From NCBI GenBank assembly GCA_964035545.1, contig OZ037772.1:9980818-10044817 (forward strand): DNA of 64,000 nt. Reading direction: 5' to 3'. Below, in pieces: positions 1 through 18,232 of the stretch. The position numbers and the translations under genes are program-made. The stretch's first letter is position 1; every line of letters begins with the position of its first letter. The notes under the pieces are model-generated. The model was given only the letters and a program-made list of their open reading frames with translations, ran no database searches and was not told the DNA's origin. Source of the stretch: Bugula neritina. Lineage: Eukaryota; Animalia; Bryozoa.

Positions 1-34
<34 letters not shown>

Positions 35-1333
35 TAGATTGTAAATAACACGTACCATTTGAATCAGATTCTTCTGGCTGCACTATTCCAACAGATGAAC
101 TCATTATTAGGACTAAAAAAGACAAAGATTTCAAAATTTTTTGCTTTTCAAAAGAAAACATTTTATTGGAAGAAAGAAATCTTTATAGAAATTATCCTAT
201 TATCTGTTATTTCAGTTTATGTATCCTTGAATAGTCTAACAGGTAAACTAAAATATATTGTTTGGTATATTTCAACAAAGCATTACCTCAACTTAATTTG
301 TTAGCCGCACCAAAAGTATATACTGTGACAAACAATAAAACATAAATACATGTAAAGGAACACTTAGGAACACCAGCTTGTTCACTATAATACACTCTTA
401 CACTTTAATTTCTAGCACTTCCTAGTTTAAAACTCATGCTCTACTTATACCTTTCTCTATACCTCTCAAAATTGTCTTCGGCTTCTTAACTCATTACTAT
501 TTCGCCATGTTATACTCACTAGTATAAAGTGGGAGGTCGTTGTAAGTAATTTTTTATCTATAATAGTTGCTGGCCATTGTCATAAGCTGCCTTATTATGT
601 TAGGTTTGAGTAGTGTTCCGCATTTAGTTGAAGGAGGCAAAACGAGATAAGCTAAATACTACATCAGTACATGTGTTATCAACTTTTATTAGTTTTACGT
701 TATCACGAGCAAACTATATGATTCTAGCAACTATACGTGATAAGCCTCATGATCCTGTGCCATTATACTATCTAACAGAACTTCAGTGAAATATTCCCAC
801 ACTCAGAAAGCCAACAAGTTGGGCTGCCGAGACTTTTAAGAAACTATAAAGTAAAACGTCCATGTACACAAGTTTGTAAATTTGTCTATGTAAATTTACT
901 ACAGATAACAAACCAACACTTTTTAGCCAAAGTGTATTTGTTTAAGACTTTGAATGATATACAGCAAAAACATAGTGCAAAGCTGTTTAGTTATACTATA
1001 AAACAGTGTCATTGGCTATCGCAATACAAACTTGTTAATACGTACTGTGCTTCCAGCACTGCAACCTTCAAGTAGCTCCATACAAATGAAACTATATAGT
1101 TTTAGCATGCAATAGTGAATTTAGTTTACTAACCTGGGTTGTTTCATGCTCCAATGGCTAAATGAAAATAATACCCAGATGCCTGGTTAAATGAATTCAT
1201 CTTACATGTTTAGCAAGTGTAATCGGTTCTGATAATCAATAAAACACTCAAGAATTTTTCAATGACATTTCCTGGGCAAAGTCAATAGAAAATGTGAACA
1301 GAGTTATTCAACTGATGTCAACATATTGAGAGC

Positions 1334-1378
<45 letters not shown>

Positions 1379-1419
1379 GCACACACGCACACGCACACAT
1401 ATAAATTATAAATAAATAA

Positions 1420-1496
<77 letters not shown>

Positions 1497-1500
1497 ATAA
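1..1500. repeat. Segmental duplication unit head, copy 1 (homologous to about 15600-17500)
   Basis: Long collinear similarity in the order (AG)n, unique sequence, (CA)n, (TA)n. Weaker homology continues (1860-2900 vs 21123-22400). Confidence 0.9.
56..112 (-). other. Putative exon of an antisense (head-to-head) gene, MSSSVGIVQPEESDSN
   Basis: Pyrimidine tract plus AG acceptor and a G|gtacgt donor; conserved in the duplicate at 15666-15722. Confidence 0.4.
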
Positions 1501-4052
1501 CATCTATATTGTGTTGCTGCTCAATTGTTCAATTTACTTGCACTTATACAGAATAACTCTAAAATTATTGTGGGTGATATAAGTATAGACCACAGTAAAA
1601 TGTTATAATATGCACATTATACTGATAAATTTCTATTTCAACAACGTAGATTGCAAGTCTTAAAAAGTCGCATTATGATTCAATGAGGACTAAAACAAAA
1701 AATTATGGAACAAGTTTAGGTTCATAATGGAGTGAGACAGAGTATTGTGTAATTGTGAACTATTCTATATATAAGTTGCTGAACTTAAAGAAATATTCTA
1801 TTGGAGGGTTTGTTTGCGTTCAAAAATCTTTTGTGGTTATGCCTTAACGACAAACCCCACTAACTTCAATGGACTTGTATTGATTCTTTCAACTAGCATT
1901 AATTTGTATTGATTTTTACTAGTCACAAATTTTTTGAACAAACAAGTCTTTCAATCAATTTTCTTTTGTTCTATAGAGTTTACAGTTATATCATAGCATT
2001 ATCTGAACTGTGTAAGCTTTCACTGCCTGCATCTTGTGCAGTACATAGTGTGTATTGGAGTCTAGCGGTTCAAACTGTAGATGACTTTCAGTGAACCTAT
2101 ATTTATACAAGTTAGAAACAGCTCTACAGTAAGTCTACACTAGTAAGTTTGAACTACATTCTATATAAACTATAGGTTTACAAAAGCCTTGTGTATTTGG
2201 TTGACATGTATCTGCAAAGAATCACAACCTATAGCTATCTTAATCAATATTTAAGATGTCTTTGTTTGGTGGCATTTATCAATGATTTAAGTAGTCGCCT
2301 TAAAATTTTTCAGGCTTTCTCAGTCAATTCTTTTGATTTTTAACGCAGTATAGTTTCCAATTCATATACTACTAAAAGTTATTATGTAATAGTACATAAC
2401 ATATCGCATTAAATATAAGTTAGCTATATATTCAGTGATGTAAATTAAGAAATAAACAAACAAATTGTGCTGAGCCAAAGGTGGACTTTGTGGCTACATC
2501 TAAATAGGCTTCGGTGTATTTGGGTTCCACTTCTGTAACTTGTGACTATATATAGTTCAACTATACTTTGATATATGATATAGTACTTTGATATGCAATA
2601 TATAACTTTGAATTTACCCTGCTGCCGTCCGTGCATACTTATAGGCCTCATAGTTATTTCCATGTCTACAAAGTTGTAACTCTAGGGAAAACGTTTGCTT
2701 GGACAACACATGCAATGTTCTATGCAGGCTAAGATCTCAACTCCTGAAGGTGAATCCTAACAGCCATTAAAATATTATTTCTAGTTACCATTTGATGCAT
2801 AGTCTAAACTGCAGAATAGTCTTACATTATATGTTACCATTCACCATTATTTCACTGCTTCAAATTAATTTTGTATTATATTACACCTTGTAATGTTTCT
2901 AAACTGTTTAGCAGTATAATAATTTCATTTGAGACTGGGCTTACTGCAATTTGTAGTTTACACAGCAAAATTATCACCAGGCTATTTAACTTAGTTTTGA
3001 TAATAATACGCAAATGAAAAACTTTTGTATAGAAATATAATGCATAAGCAAACACTGTTCACGTAAAAATTGTATGTTACTTTTCTTTACTAAATGCGGT
3101 GCAGTGCATTATGCAGGCCTACATATTACAATAAAAATAACAACAGAATTATTTTATTAAATAACAATATTCGGAGCAATGAACCTGAGGGGATTAATGG
3201 TTCTTTGGAATGTTGACTATATACTATATAGTCACCCTGATCTTTATCACGAGCTGCCAATATTATAAAAAATGACATTTTAAAAATACCTGTAAGTGTA
3301 AGTGTTGAAATACTATTATAAGCAGAAGTTTAAAAGTTGCTCTGAAGTCTAACTTTGATGGTGATTATACAATGTTTTGATATGATACTTACAGCTAACA
3401 TTTAAAAGAATGCAGTATCAATATTATGAATAATGTATGTGTCTCAAATAATATATATATTCTCACTTATTGAAATAGTTAATTAGCTATTTTAGTAGAT
3501 ACTATGTTTACTTTATTTTTAATGTTGTTGTTTTTAATCATTGTAATAATTTAGGTACCCCTGTTTAGCATGACATAATTAAGTGCATTCCTTTCCATAT
3601 AAGGTTTGCCTGGAGTATAACTGAATTTAGTCACTAAAAGTTGGGTGCTCAACCTGCTTTGGATTCTTTGTGACAAGCAGGAGCTGTTTACCACACATAC
3701 CTGAGATTTAGTTTATGCTGGTAATGAGCTAATAATAATGATACAAAAAGTTGAATTGGATTTGCTTCAGTTTCTACCAATATTGCAATTCACATTCATT
3801 GCTCTAATACATTCTATGCCACAGTGTTCAAAATAGAAAGTTTTTCCCAATCTGCTAATAAAGTTCAAAAGTGATGCTACAGCTTGCAGTCCTATTTAGG
3901 GTTGTTATATACAAAGTCCTAACAACAGACTAACACTTTTATATATCTTTACTATGGCAAATTTAATCTAGTAAATTCAATATTTATTTAAATGTAGATG
4001 TGGCATTCACAATTTTAGTGTTAGTATACAGTCTTTGAGTGAAGCACTTACA

Positions 4053-7000
4053 ATGGATTTGTCTGTTTCCAAAAAAAGACCACCAGCGAAGACAGACTCA
4101 GATTTATTAGGTGAGAGAAGATTTTGCTAAATAGTTACTGCTTATTTACCTTAATTAGTCTAGAGTAAGTTGTAGGCCGTCATTTTTCTTGTGTTAAAGT
4201 CTTTTATTTTCCCACTTGGTGATTTCTATATGCAGTTTTTACAAATCCAGGCTTTGGATCAAATTTGTTACCTGTAATTGTACAGCCATATAGTGCTGAT
4301 ATTTTACTCTACTGGTTTATGATCCCTGGGAGGTTTGGCCTGTACTGTGCAAGATTCTCAGGTAAAAACACCTCTGGTTTGTGGAAAGTGAATCATTGTT
4401 TCAAGCTCAAATTATGGAAATGCGGCAACAGCGTTGATTCACCGCTTGAAGAAATTAGTTAATTAGTTAACTGAGCTACTATAGTTACTAGACCAGGTCA
4501 TGTAATGGTAATCATAATCTTACATGTAATGCTTCTGTTTAGTTACTTCTAGTTTAGTAAATTCAATGTGTTTTTATTTCAAATTCAATCTATAATTTAT
4601 TATTGTACTGACAGCACATGATGCTTTTGGTGCAGAGCTTCCAGTGGATTTGTCTACTTCCGCAAAGAGACCAAAATTGCAGAGTAACTCCAATATAGCA
4701 GGTGAGAGATGCTTATATTGATGAGTATTTACACTTTCTGAAAGATTTTTTGAATTTAGGCTTTGAATAAAATTTGTTACCTGCGGGTTTATCTCTGAGA
4801 AGTTTGGTATACTGAGCAAGAATGTTAGACAACACAGCTTTGGGTTCTAAAAATTGTTTGATGCACAAGTCATAAAAGTCCAACATTGTTGAATCACTGC
4901 ATATAGAGAAATTAGTTAATCAGTTAACTGAAGAAAGTGGTCATTATAGTAGAGTAGTAATTTCTAGACCAGGTCATGTAATGGTAATCATAATCTTATT
5001 GGTAATGCTTCTGTATAGTTATTTCTAGTTCAGTAAATTCAATGAGTTTTTATTTTAATTTAAATGTATAGTTCATAATTATATTGACAGCACATGGTGC
5101 TTTTGGTGCAGCAACTCCTGTAGGTTCATCTACTTCTGCAAAAAAACCAAAACTGCAGAGTAACTTGAGTTTAGCAGGTGAGAGAGGCTATTGCTTAGTA
5201 TTTACACTTTTTTGAATGAGTTTGAAACAAGAATGAATTTTAATTTTTTTGGTGTGTTTTTTATCACATAGGTACTACTGCTTCTCATGCTGGTACATTG
5301 AAATTTACTAAATATGTCCTTCCCAAAGGTATTTGCTTCTCAAACATTAAGTATAATATGTTAGTGCCAAACAAAAATGTTATGTTAATGCAAAGTGTAA
5401 TAGTAAAAGAACACAAATGCATGTGCATTACCATTATGTATTTGTCAGTACCGCATAATAAGGCTCTGGGTTCTGGATCCTTTGGAGCAGTATTTACTCA
5501 TGTTGACAAAATCACTCAAGTGCTGGCAGTGAAAAAGGTTGACCTTGGCATGGTTACCAGCTCCTCATATCAAAAGGTAGACCATATAATTATACAGAAT
5601 ATTGTAGAACAATTTTGCGAACTTAACTAATTGCAATGACTGCATGTTTATTGTTTGATTGGATCTTCTGAGTAAAAGTGGAACATCACACATTCCTTTG
5701 GTTTATTTGTCGGACACTAGCTCCTCTCAAAGTAAGACAACCCTAACTAAATCAATATATTAATTCTTCCAGAATTTAAAAATTATTTCATAATATAAAA
5801 AGATAATTAACATTAGTTCAGTTTCAATTATTGTTTTGCACCCGTTTTAACTGGACTCACTATATTTTCAAACTTTATTCAAAAATAAGAATAAATATTC
5901 ATTCAGTTTGTCTCAATTTATTTTGTTAATTTTAGTTTGTTTGGTCAAAACTTGTGGTACAACCAATCCACGTTTCCTGTAAACATGTAAATGTTGTATT
6001 GTGTGATCTCATGGTATAGTAGACACAATAATCACTTACACATACTAGTCTAGTAAATTTAGTCTGCTTTACAACCAACTACAAAACGATTTCTAGGAGG
6101 AATAAATCTATTTTCTTGATGCAAAGTGCTAACACTAGAAAAGTAATGAATTTTTAACACATAAATTCAGAGCAATAATTGAATATAATTATTCAATTAG
6201 TTGAATTTAATTTTGAGTATTCAGTTTTTAGCTGGACATCAACTGGATTGTACTCAAAGCTTATTTATTTTAACTGACTATGTTGGTATATTTATCAACA
6301 CTTCGTTATTCCATGGAATGGTTTTTTAGGAAATTGATCGTGCAATGAAGGAAGTTAAAATGATGGAGAAGTTGAAACATCATCATAGAATAGTCAGCTA
6401 TATCAAGCATGAGTTGATTTCACATGAGATATTTCATGGTATAACATTATATTTTGGTGGCAATCACCTATCATATTATCTAGAAGTATGCTTACATATA
6501 GAAAACAATATCAATGAATTTATGCTGATATTTTAGTGAAATAATTACTACATCAATAGGGATTTTAGTACCTACTTAATACCATTGTCATATGCATGCT
6601 GTTTACAACCTCATACTCATTAACCGTAATTTAAACGAATTATTTTCACTATTTTTCCAATTGTTTAAATTAGAGATTTATACTCTCTTACTGTCACTGG
6701 TCGCCTAATTGTTTCTTTTTCCTAAAATACCTGCATATTATCTCATAATATCAGTGTCAGTAGATTTATCAACATCTTCACTTCTTGTGGTAGACAAGAA
6801 GATTCTGTGTATATACATGGAGTACATGCCTGGGGGCTCAGTGAGTGGTCGGCTAGATTCATCTGGTGCCTTCTCTGAAAAGGAAACGAAACGCTGCATG
6901 CGTCAGATTCTGGAGGGTATTTCTTATCTTCATAGCAGACGTGTGATACACAGGGATGTGAAAGGTGACTCTAGTTCTTTTTTTATTGAAACCGAATTTT

Positions 7001-10000
7001 AGCAACATTTCAAAAGATCTGTTTGAGTTACCTAAACTGCCTTTTTATTTTACCAATTGTATTTTTCAGGTTCAAACATTTTATTTGATGCTAATGATGA
7101 CCTCAAACTGGTTGATTTTGGTGTATCAAAACAGTTGAATGAACTTTCTACATTCTCAGCCCGTACAAACACCGGCCAGATAGGAACTGCTAAATGGATG
7201 GCGCCAGAGGTTGTTGCTGATGACAAATACAGTAAAAAAGCTGATGTTTGGTTCGTGTTTGTTGTTAAATATACAGTTGCACTACAAAACCTCAGAAGTT
7301 GTCAACATTAATTACATATTTGAACTGAAACAATATTTTGCATACATAACAGTTTAAAAAATTAACACACTTACTACAGCATCTTATTGAAATAGTTTAT
7401 ATTCTAAGAAGTTTTAAAACGTACAGGATATCAAACAAACTGATCAAACATTAATTGAAAAGCTTTAGCTATAGTTATAGAACTATCTTCAAGTAGTAAA
7501 ATGGTTCTAAAGTAAAAACTTTAGAGTCTCAAGTTAGGCGGTTGATTACTTGATTAGCAAAACACTTAAGCATTAGGTTTATCCAGGGTGCTTTTCATGT
7601 ATGTGTAGTCTTTTCTAGTGTTTTTCTTGCTAATATATTGTAGGAGTGCAGGAGCTACAATGGTAGAAATGCTCACAAAAAAACCACCGTGGCCCAAATT
7701 GAAATCAGTTCAATGGACATTTAAGATTAACCAAAAGCAAAAGCCAGAATATACTCTGCCCCCATCAACTAGCCAGACAGCCCGGAACCTTCTAACTGAC
7801 ATATTCAACTATGATGACAGAATTCGACCCACTTCAGAGCAGTGTTTGGGCCACCCTTGGTTCAAGACACCAGAAATAGATAACCCTGGTGGTAAAATCG
7901 ATTAAATACTGTTGTTTCCGAAAAATTGTATTATTTAAGTTGCAGCCTTTAGTGTGAAGTCTCTTTCTACATGTATAGTATGAGAGCACAACTTTCATTG
8001 TAACTTGTATACTTTGTGTGGTGTTTGGTTAGCCCTCAGTAAGTTCAACCTCAACATGTCTGATGTGGTAGTATAATATTAACAAAGGGCGAACTTCACT
8101 CTGATAATATTAGGTTAGTGCTGCAAATATTCAAACTTTTCCATATTTACAACAGGACAATCATGTAGCTAAAAGTTTTATTTAGAGGCAAATTTTGACT
8201 TGAAAAAATGTTTGTGACACTTTTATGGGCTTTATTAAAACTTAGACCTACTCAAGCTGCCATATTACAGGTCAATTAAAAAAGTTTGTGTGAGTTGTGC
8301 AGCAACGTCCCAAAAAAAGCCTAGCCTATCAGATTGTAGAACAAAAATGTAAAAAAGTTATTTTGTTTCAATGCTAAGGGCTGCAGCACAAGATTTAAAC
8401 CAACACTTTGCCGTTGCTATCTTCTGTTTAATTATTATAATTAGCAATTACTGATTGCCTATTTTCAAAATATTTTTTGTTGAAATTGCTTATGCTGTCT
8501 TAGTTGTTCATAGTTATTTCGAACGTGTTGCATCTGCTTGTCTGCATTGGTGTCACCGTAGGTGATGCTGTGGTACTTTAAATAATTAATTTGTTGTATT
8601 TATACTAGTCAAATGTGATTATCACATATATATCTATATCTGAAGTGTTGTAGTGATATGTTCCATAAATCTCCTTGAGAAAAATTTCAATAATTAGAAA
8701 TTTTCCATCATTAGTTATCCATATAAGTCTTCCAGTTATACACAATTGATCCAGCCTATGCAGTGCAGCTGTGTGTATACTGCTTGATATGCCTGCTTCT
8801 TTTATAGCCTTTGTGTTCTTTGCAGCCTGTAGTCTATGTTATGTTTGTTTTTAGTGTGTTCAGTTCAGTTAGTTCCGATCTGTTTCAACAGTCTATAATT
8901 CATCAATATTCATTTTTTCATGGCATCCCGTTTCTACTATTTTGAATAAGTGTATCTAGCTAAGATATATATATATATATACATTATTCCATATTTTAGT
9001 AGCATATGATAAACCCTCTACTTCAATCATTAGATCAGGTCTATTTCAAAATCTTTGAGTACAGTATTTATAATAATATTGTCAACTCTGACAAGTGCTC
9101 ACAAAGTAAAATTAAAATACTTTTAGGTATGTTACAATTTCAGGAAACGTCACTAAAACTAGCATAAGCTCTTACAACTCTAATTCTCACCAGCAATTTT
9201 GTATATTGGAATGCAGCGTTTAATAAGCAGGCTTATTGATATAGTAAAGCACCTAATATTACATCTCCCTCATTCTTTCATTACACAATGACTTTGAAAG
9301 GGGAATGGGGATGTACATAGGACCACTTTTATACTCTTATATAATTTTCTTATTACCAATGAGTGCTATATTCACTAAACCATGCAACTCATTGTAATTC
9401 TTCACATATTACTTTTGTTAATATATAGACAAGAAGATGGAGGTGGAGAAGGAACCTGTAGCTGAAGGCAGTGCAAGTATCTCCTCTGAACAAAGATCAC
9501 CCCCTATAGCTATAGAACTAATAGAAACTGTATCTATTGAAGAAATCGTGTGTTCCGTTCATATGTATAATGGCATTACATATGTTGGCTGTGACAATGG
9601 TGTAAAGAGAGTCAACAGAAATAATAGAGTAGCTGAGAACTTTCTTTTTCGTATTGAGGACGGCGGCTTTGTGTTCAGTATCTCAGTACATAATGATAGG
9701 ATATACACTCTGTCTTCTGGCTTTACTGTAAGAGTTCATAACCTTGAAGGGAGGTCCATCACCAGCTGGACTCATACAGATGATAAATTAAAGTTGGTAA
9801 ATAATCTTGCCATCATAAACAACCAGATAGCTATTCCCAACAGGCTAAATAAGACTCTAATATTCTACTCTCTGAATGGGGAGGTAGTAAAAACTTTACC
9901 CTGTCCTCTACTCACTGATACTTTTGTACGTCTGTCTGCTGCAGATAACAACTCAATTATTATATCTCAGCATGACTCATCTCTAGTATCTAAAGTAGAC

Positions 10001-10477
10001 ATCACATCAGGTGACATTATCTGGCAGTGTAAAGAAGTGACTAATCCTGATGGAGTGACCTGCTATAGAGATGAGTTTGTATTTGTGGCTGTTAGTATAT
10101 CACTCTGTGTACTATCATTGCATACAGGTTGGTTACTGCAGATATTTCAGGTTATGCATGGTCAGTACTGTGTTGACATACAGATGTCTATTGTACACAT
10201 TGATATTTATTATGGTGATATTGATACTTAAGATGTACATGTAAAGAATTTATTCTTTTCGTATATATACATTCTACAGTTTATTACATTATTTGATAAT
10301 AATTTAGAAAGATCAACAATTATTTTTTGTGAAGAGTATACATGTAAGTACTTCACAGGCAGGCTCCTACACAGAATTCCTTCCCATGACATGATATCTG
10401 ATCTACACATAAATGGCTCTACTCTAGTGATAGCCAGAATGATTGAAGGAAAAGTGGATTTCTATAAAATAGAATAA
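4053..10477 (+). CDS. MEKK2/3 (STE11 MAP3K)-like Ser/Thr kinase fused to a C-terminal NHL-like beta-propeller, copy 1 (about 660 aa, 12 exons)
   Basis: Phase-compatible GT-AG exons: 4053-4110, 4615-4701, 5091-5177, 5272-5328, 5449-5576, 6330-6438, 6794-6964, 7070-7250, 7644-7891, 9000-9038, 9429-10127, 10359-10477(TAA). Intact kinase motifs GSGSFG, LAVKKV, KEV, MEYMPGGS, RQILEG, HRDVKGSN, DFG, GTAKWMAPE, ADVWSAG, VEMLTKKPPW, which closely match the MAP3K2/3 pattern. The propeller exon has repeated beta-strand blades (SISVHNDRIYTL, TVRVHNLEG, LAIINNQIAIP, PDGVTCY). The start codon and the kinase-to-propeller splice are inferred. Confidence 0.8.
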
Positions 10478-11390
10478 AGGTAAACTCAAGTAGTGTGAGG
10501 AAATGATAGGCTGCTATATCTGTTGCTATAAATAGCCCGTCAATCATATATCTATTACTTAGTATAGGGTAACTTGTTCGTACTCTATGGCTGCGTGTTC
10601 TTTCTACCCTGTAATATTTGCCAATGTTTGCTAGCTTAGTTTTGTTAACTTTATAACTCAGAGCTATAAACAATTTTTATATTCAGTTTAAACAGTCCAA
10701 TGTTGAACAGTTTTACATGCTAGTGTAGGGTGATAGGCAGTACAGTGATATAATTATAAACAAAGCTCTGCATTTTCATTCAAAAATCATTCCAACTTTA
10801 TTCAATACTGGAGCTCAATACTTATAATTTAAATGTTCCTCTGCTTTAGAAATTGGAATTCTGCATGGCGTTGAAGATACTTGTTTGATGAGCCAAGAAG
10901 TGTTTCTTTTTTCACTTTCATAGACAGATGACTCCTTAGAAATTCCACAACAACTCTCAAGTTCCACATTAAATGTTAATTTTATGCTTTTGCATTATTC
11001 CGAGCTTTAGGGTTTCTAAGCTACATATTATATTGACAATGTATTTGTAGAACCATGCAGTCTAACTTTAGTTATATGGCCTCACGGAGCTGTAGAATAT
11101 TTTATATTATATAACATTGTAAATGTGTGCGATTTAATTATAACCATACGTCTATTCTAGTGCCTTATTTAGTTTCCAATAACGAATTTTTTCAATTTCT
11201 TTTCAGTAAAAATTTTTTAGTGAACTTTTGAATAAAATTTATTAGTATAAATGCTATACATTTCTTTCGAGAAACACACAGGGTGCGATCAACATGTTAA
11301 CTGTATATAAATATGCTTATTTTGTCAACTTATGATTTCTGTTCTTCTTTCTCCAGGCATATAGATTATAGATTCCAAATTATATTCAGC

Positions 11391-11500
<110 letters not shown>

Positions 11501-14374
11501 ATTTATACTATATTATATATTCATTGTGTATGGTTATTTACTGTTACCATTATTCATCATAGCTGCATGTTCAACTTTTTTGTGAGCGATTCAAATAAAT
11601 ATGAATTTAAAGCTGTCAACCAATTCCTAATTGTAGGTGTTACTGCAGAGTAATTTTGTGCTTTTTGGAAATCTCGACTATTTACTGTGGTTATTACTTT
11701 ATTGTCAAATTATAGCCACATCCAAGTATATTGAAATTTTTTCTCTGTGATTAAGTTAAAAAATTTAGTTGAAAAAGATATTTTGAATTATAGCAGTGTA
11801 AATAATTGTGTACATACAACACCAAACCACTTTATTGCCTCTCAAAAAGCAAAATAATGTAGTTTATGTGGTTATCAGCCATAGCATGTGTAAAGGTACC
11901 ATACATTTCCTTTCCTATGTTACTGTAGAATTTCAACACTTAAAGTTAGGCTCAATTGATTTACAATTTCTTTTACGCATACACAATAATGAAACTACAT
12001 CCGTTTATTTATTTTCTACATGACATATGCTGTAGAAAATGCCATTTTTCCTAACTTAAATAAAAAGAAGTTTTGCAATATATTGAATTATTTAGTAGTT
12101 GTCTGTTCTGTTCGGTGAAGTCAAACCTGTCGTACATTGATTTTACTGTGTTGTGTTGATTGTGCTGTTTTGCTTTGATATTTTATAGGCTTGGTTGTAT
12201 GGGACTATTTCAAGTTTGATTGAATTTCTAATATTTTTCTCTTTCATTAAAATGCTTTGAATAAATTACTATACCTTCTGTATCAATTTATAAGCTTAAA
12301 AAGTTTCAAAAAAAATCATGAACACTTTTCAACCATAAAGTTTTGTTGGAACTATAAATATAATGATTTCACTCTAGTTATATAAAAACTTGTTGGTGGT
12401 ACATTATATCTATGCGTTTGCCACAACAGAAGCATTTCATTAGTTTGAGTACAAAGTAAGCATTGGTGTCTCTGGGACAAGCAGGATATAAGGTTGGTTG
12501 AAGGTCAGGGTAGCAGCTTAGGAGCTTTTTACTACACATACCTAAATAATTACTATTCATGTTTATATATTGGTAATGAGCTAAAGTGATGAATTGATTG
12601 TTAATGATAAAATTAATTAAATATTTGCTCTTTACGGGCATCTTGCCAGCTTACCAGTATAAGATTTCACTCTCAAATTGTTTTTATACACTGGATGCTT
12701 CATTTAACATGACAATTTTTGCTATGATGCTTATAGAGTTCTGAAGTGTTGCTAACTTGCAATCTTGAAATTTTTCGTATGTATGCGATATTTTATTATT
12801 ATTTTTCTCAAGCCAGGTGCTTGCCATTCTTTTTACCTACCTAAAAACAACCAGCTTTTCTTTTTTTCCATGAAACACACAGGGTGCGTTTCTAATCGTG
12901 ATCAACATATTAACTGTATATATATGCTTATTTTGCTAGTATGACTTTTAATCCTTTTCATAAAACACACAGATTAGGTTCCAAATTAACCTCAACATTT
13001 GAGATATATATATTAGTGTATATTATATTGTATATTAAATGTGTATGATTATTATGGTCATTAACCAGCGACATGCACTAAGCACCCTAGCTGTCTAACT
13101 TTATTATATGAGTTTCAAGTCAACATAACTAATATAAAGTCATTGACTGTTTTAAAATTAGAATTTTTGTGGCAAAGCATTTCTGGTCATTTCCAAAATA
13201 GCTTTAAAAATAAATATAATGACCGAATCAGTTAGGCCATCATGGACTTAGAATTAGTTACCTAGTGGTTCTAATTTGAAATTGCTCACATTTGCAAAAA
13301 GCTATTTTGAACCCGACCAAATACTAAGCACCCTCTCTGGACTAGGCCATGTTGAATATTCTTCATTTTCCAAATGTCATTTTCCAAATGTCTATTTTCT
13401 AATTGTCCATTTCCAAATAGGTGTTTTCCAATTGTCATTTTCGAAATGTCGTGGATTCATATAATAATAATTAACACATAAAAGACTGAGACTATAACTG
13501 AAGGGATTATAGACACTACTGTTCTACTGCAATAGAAATAAGGAGTTGGTGTTTAATAATGTTCACTTTACCATGAATACAATACTGTATAAATATACTA
13601 CGTAGAACTAAACTATATACCACCATAATATATAATATTCATGGTATGCCATATATGTAATATATCTTTTAATGTTATATAACATTGTATATTGTGATAT
13701 ACATAATATATAATGTGTTGTGTATGCCATATAATAAAATATAGCATATGTTACAAACAAAATATTGCAAATTGTAATATTACATACCTAAATTGTACTA
13801 CATTTCCAGTTACTTGTATTTGCATACTAATTCTAACATAATATTATATTATACATAGTAAACATGATATTTAATGTCATAATATTCATGCTTTATGTCA
13901 TACTAAATTTCTTTCTAACAACATGAATTAAGCATGTATCAAAGAGTTGCATTCTGATTATTTGAGGAGTAATATATAATTATGAAACAAGTTCACATAC
14001 TAGAGTTTAAGCTGCATTTTTAAACCACCGTCAAAGGTTTAGTAAAAGCTTACATAGTTGCTGTAATGTTGTATGCTTGTGAATTTTTTTGTAAAATTTG
14101 ATAAGCAAAAAAATATGTTAGTAGGTTTATTTGTTCGTAAGCTTGGGACCAGTAAAAATCAATGCAAATCGTTGTTAGTTGAAGGAATCAATACAATTAC
14201 ATTGAAGGTAGTCAAGTCAACTGTGATATGGTAGAAACGCACCTTAATAACAAGGGTTGCTAACTATTTCAATTTAATTTTATTGACTTTATTGATTGCT
14301 TTGCATTGATTTGCAAGTTTTACTATCCATAGGTTTTTTAAACAAGCAACTAATAATAATATAATAATAATTAC

Positions 14375-17501
<3,127 letters not shown>

Positions 17502-18232
17502 TATTATGTTACTTTTCAATTTATTTTTACCCACACATTAACTCTAATATATTATGTTATATAGTGCACAGGATGTAATATGATAACATGCATACTATAT
17601 GTCATACTGCATTCTTTTTTCAACAACATGGATTGCAAGTCTCAAACACTAGCAATATGATTCAGGGAGTGTAGTATAATGATGTTTACAATTGCTGAGT
17701 TATTTATATACCTAACAGTAATATGCTATTAATACATATGATGTCATAGATTTGTGCTTTATTCCTATGTTATATACATATATGTCTTGCACTCATGATC
17801 TGAAGAAGTTCTCTCTCTGCTGTCAAGCTGTATACTTTATACTTTACAATAATAAACGTCGCGATACATTATTCCAATGGTCTCATCTTAATCAATACCC
17901 ACGCAAATGTACAACAAACAAGAAACATTACAGGGAGGGCATAAATATAATTACGGAACAGATTAAATTTCATGGTAATGTAAATATGAATTGATATCTT
18001 CATAAAAGCTTCAGTATATAAAAGCTTACATAGTAGATGTAGTGCTATATATCCGCGAACTATTGTATATCATTAGCTGAACAAGAAAGAGTCTTTCGAA
18101 AAATAAAAATCAATACAAAACAATGCAAAGCAACCAATGAAGTCAATACAATTACAATGAAGGTAGTCAGCCGTTTTGTTTTAAGGACATTTATACCATC
18201 ACTGGTAACTCAACTAGCGTCAATGTAATTGT

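Noticed and set aside
9437-10231. Stand-alone single-exon 264-aa propeller gene
   Set aside because: The ORF is bounded by a phase-1 acceptor (9429) and donor (10127) conserved in the paralog, and the ORF tail beyond the donor is not conserved.
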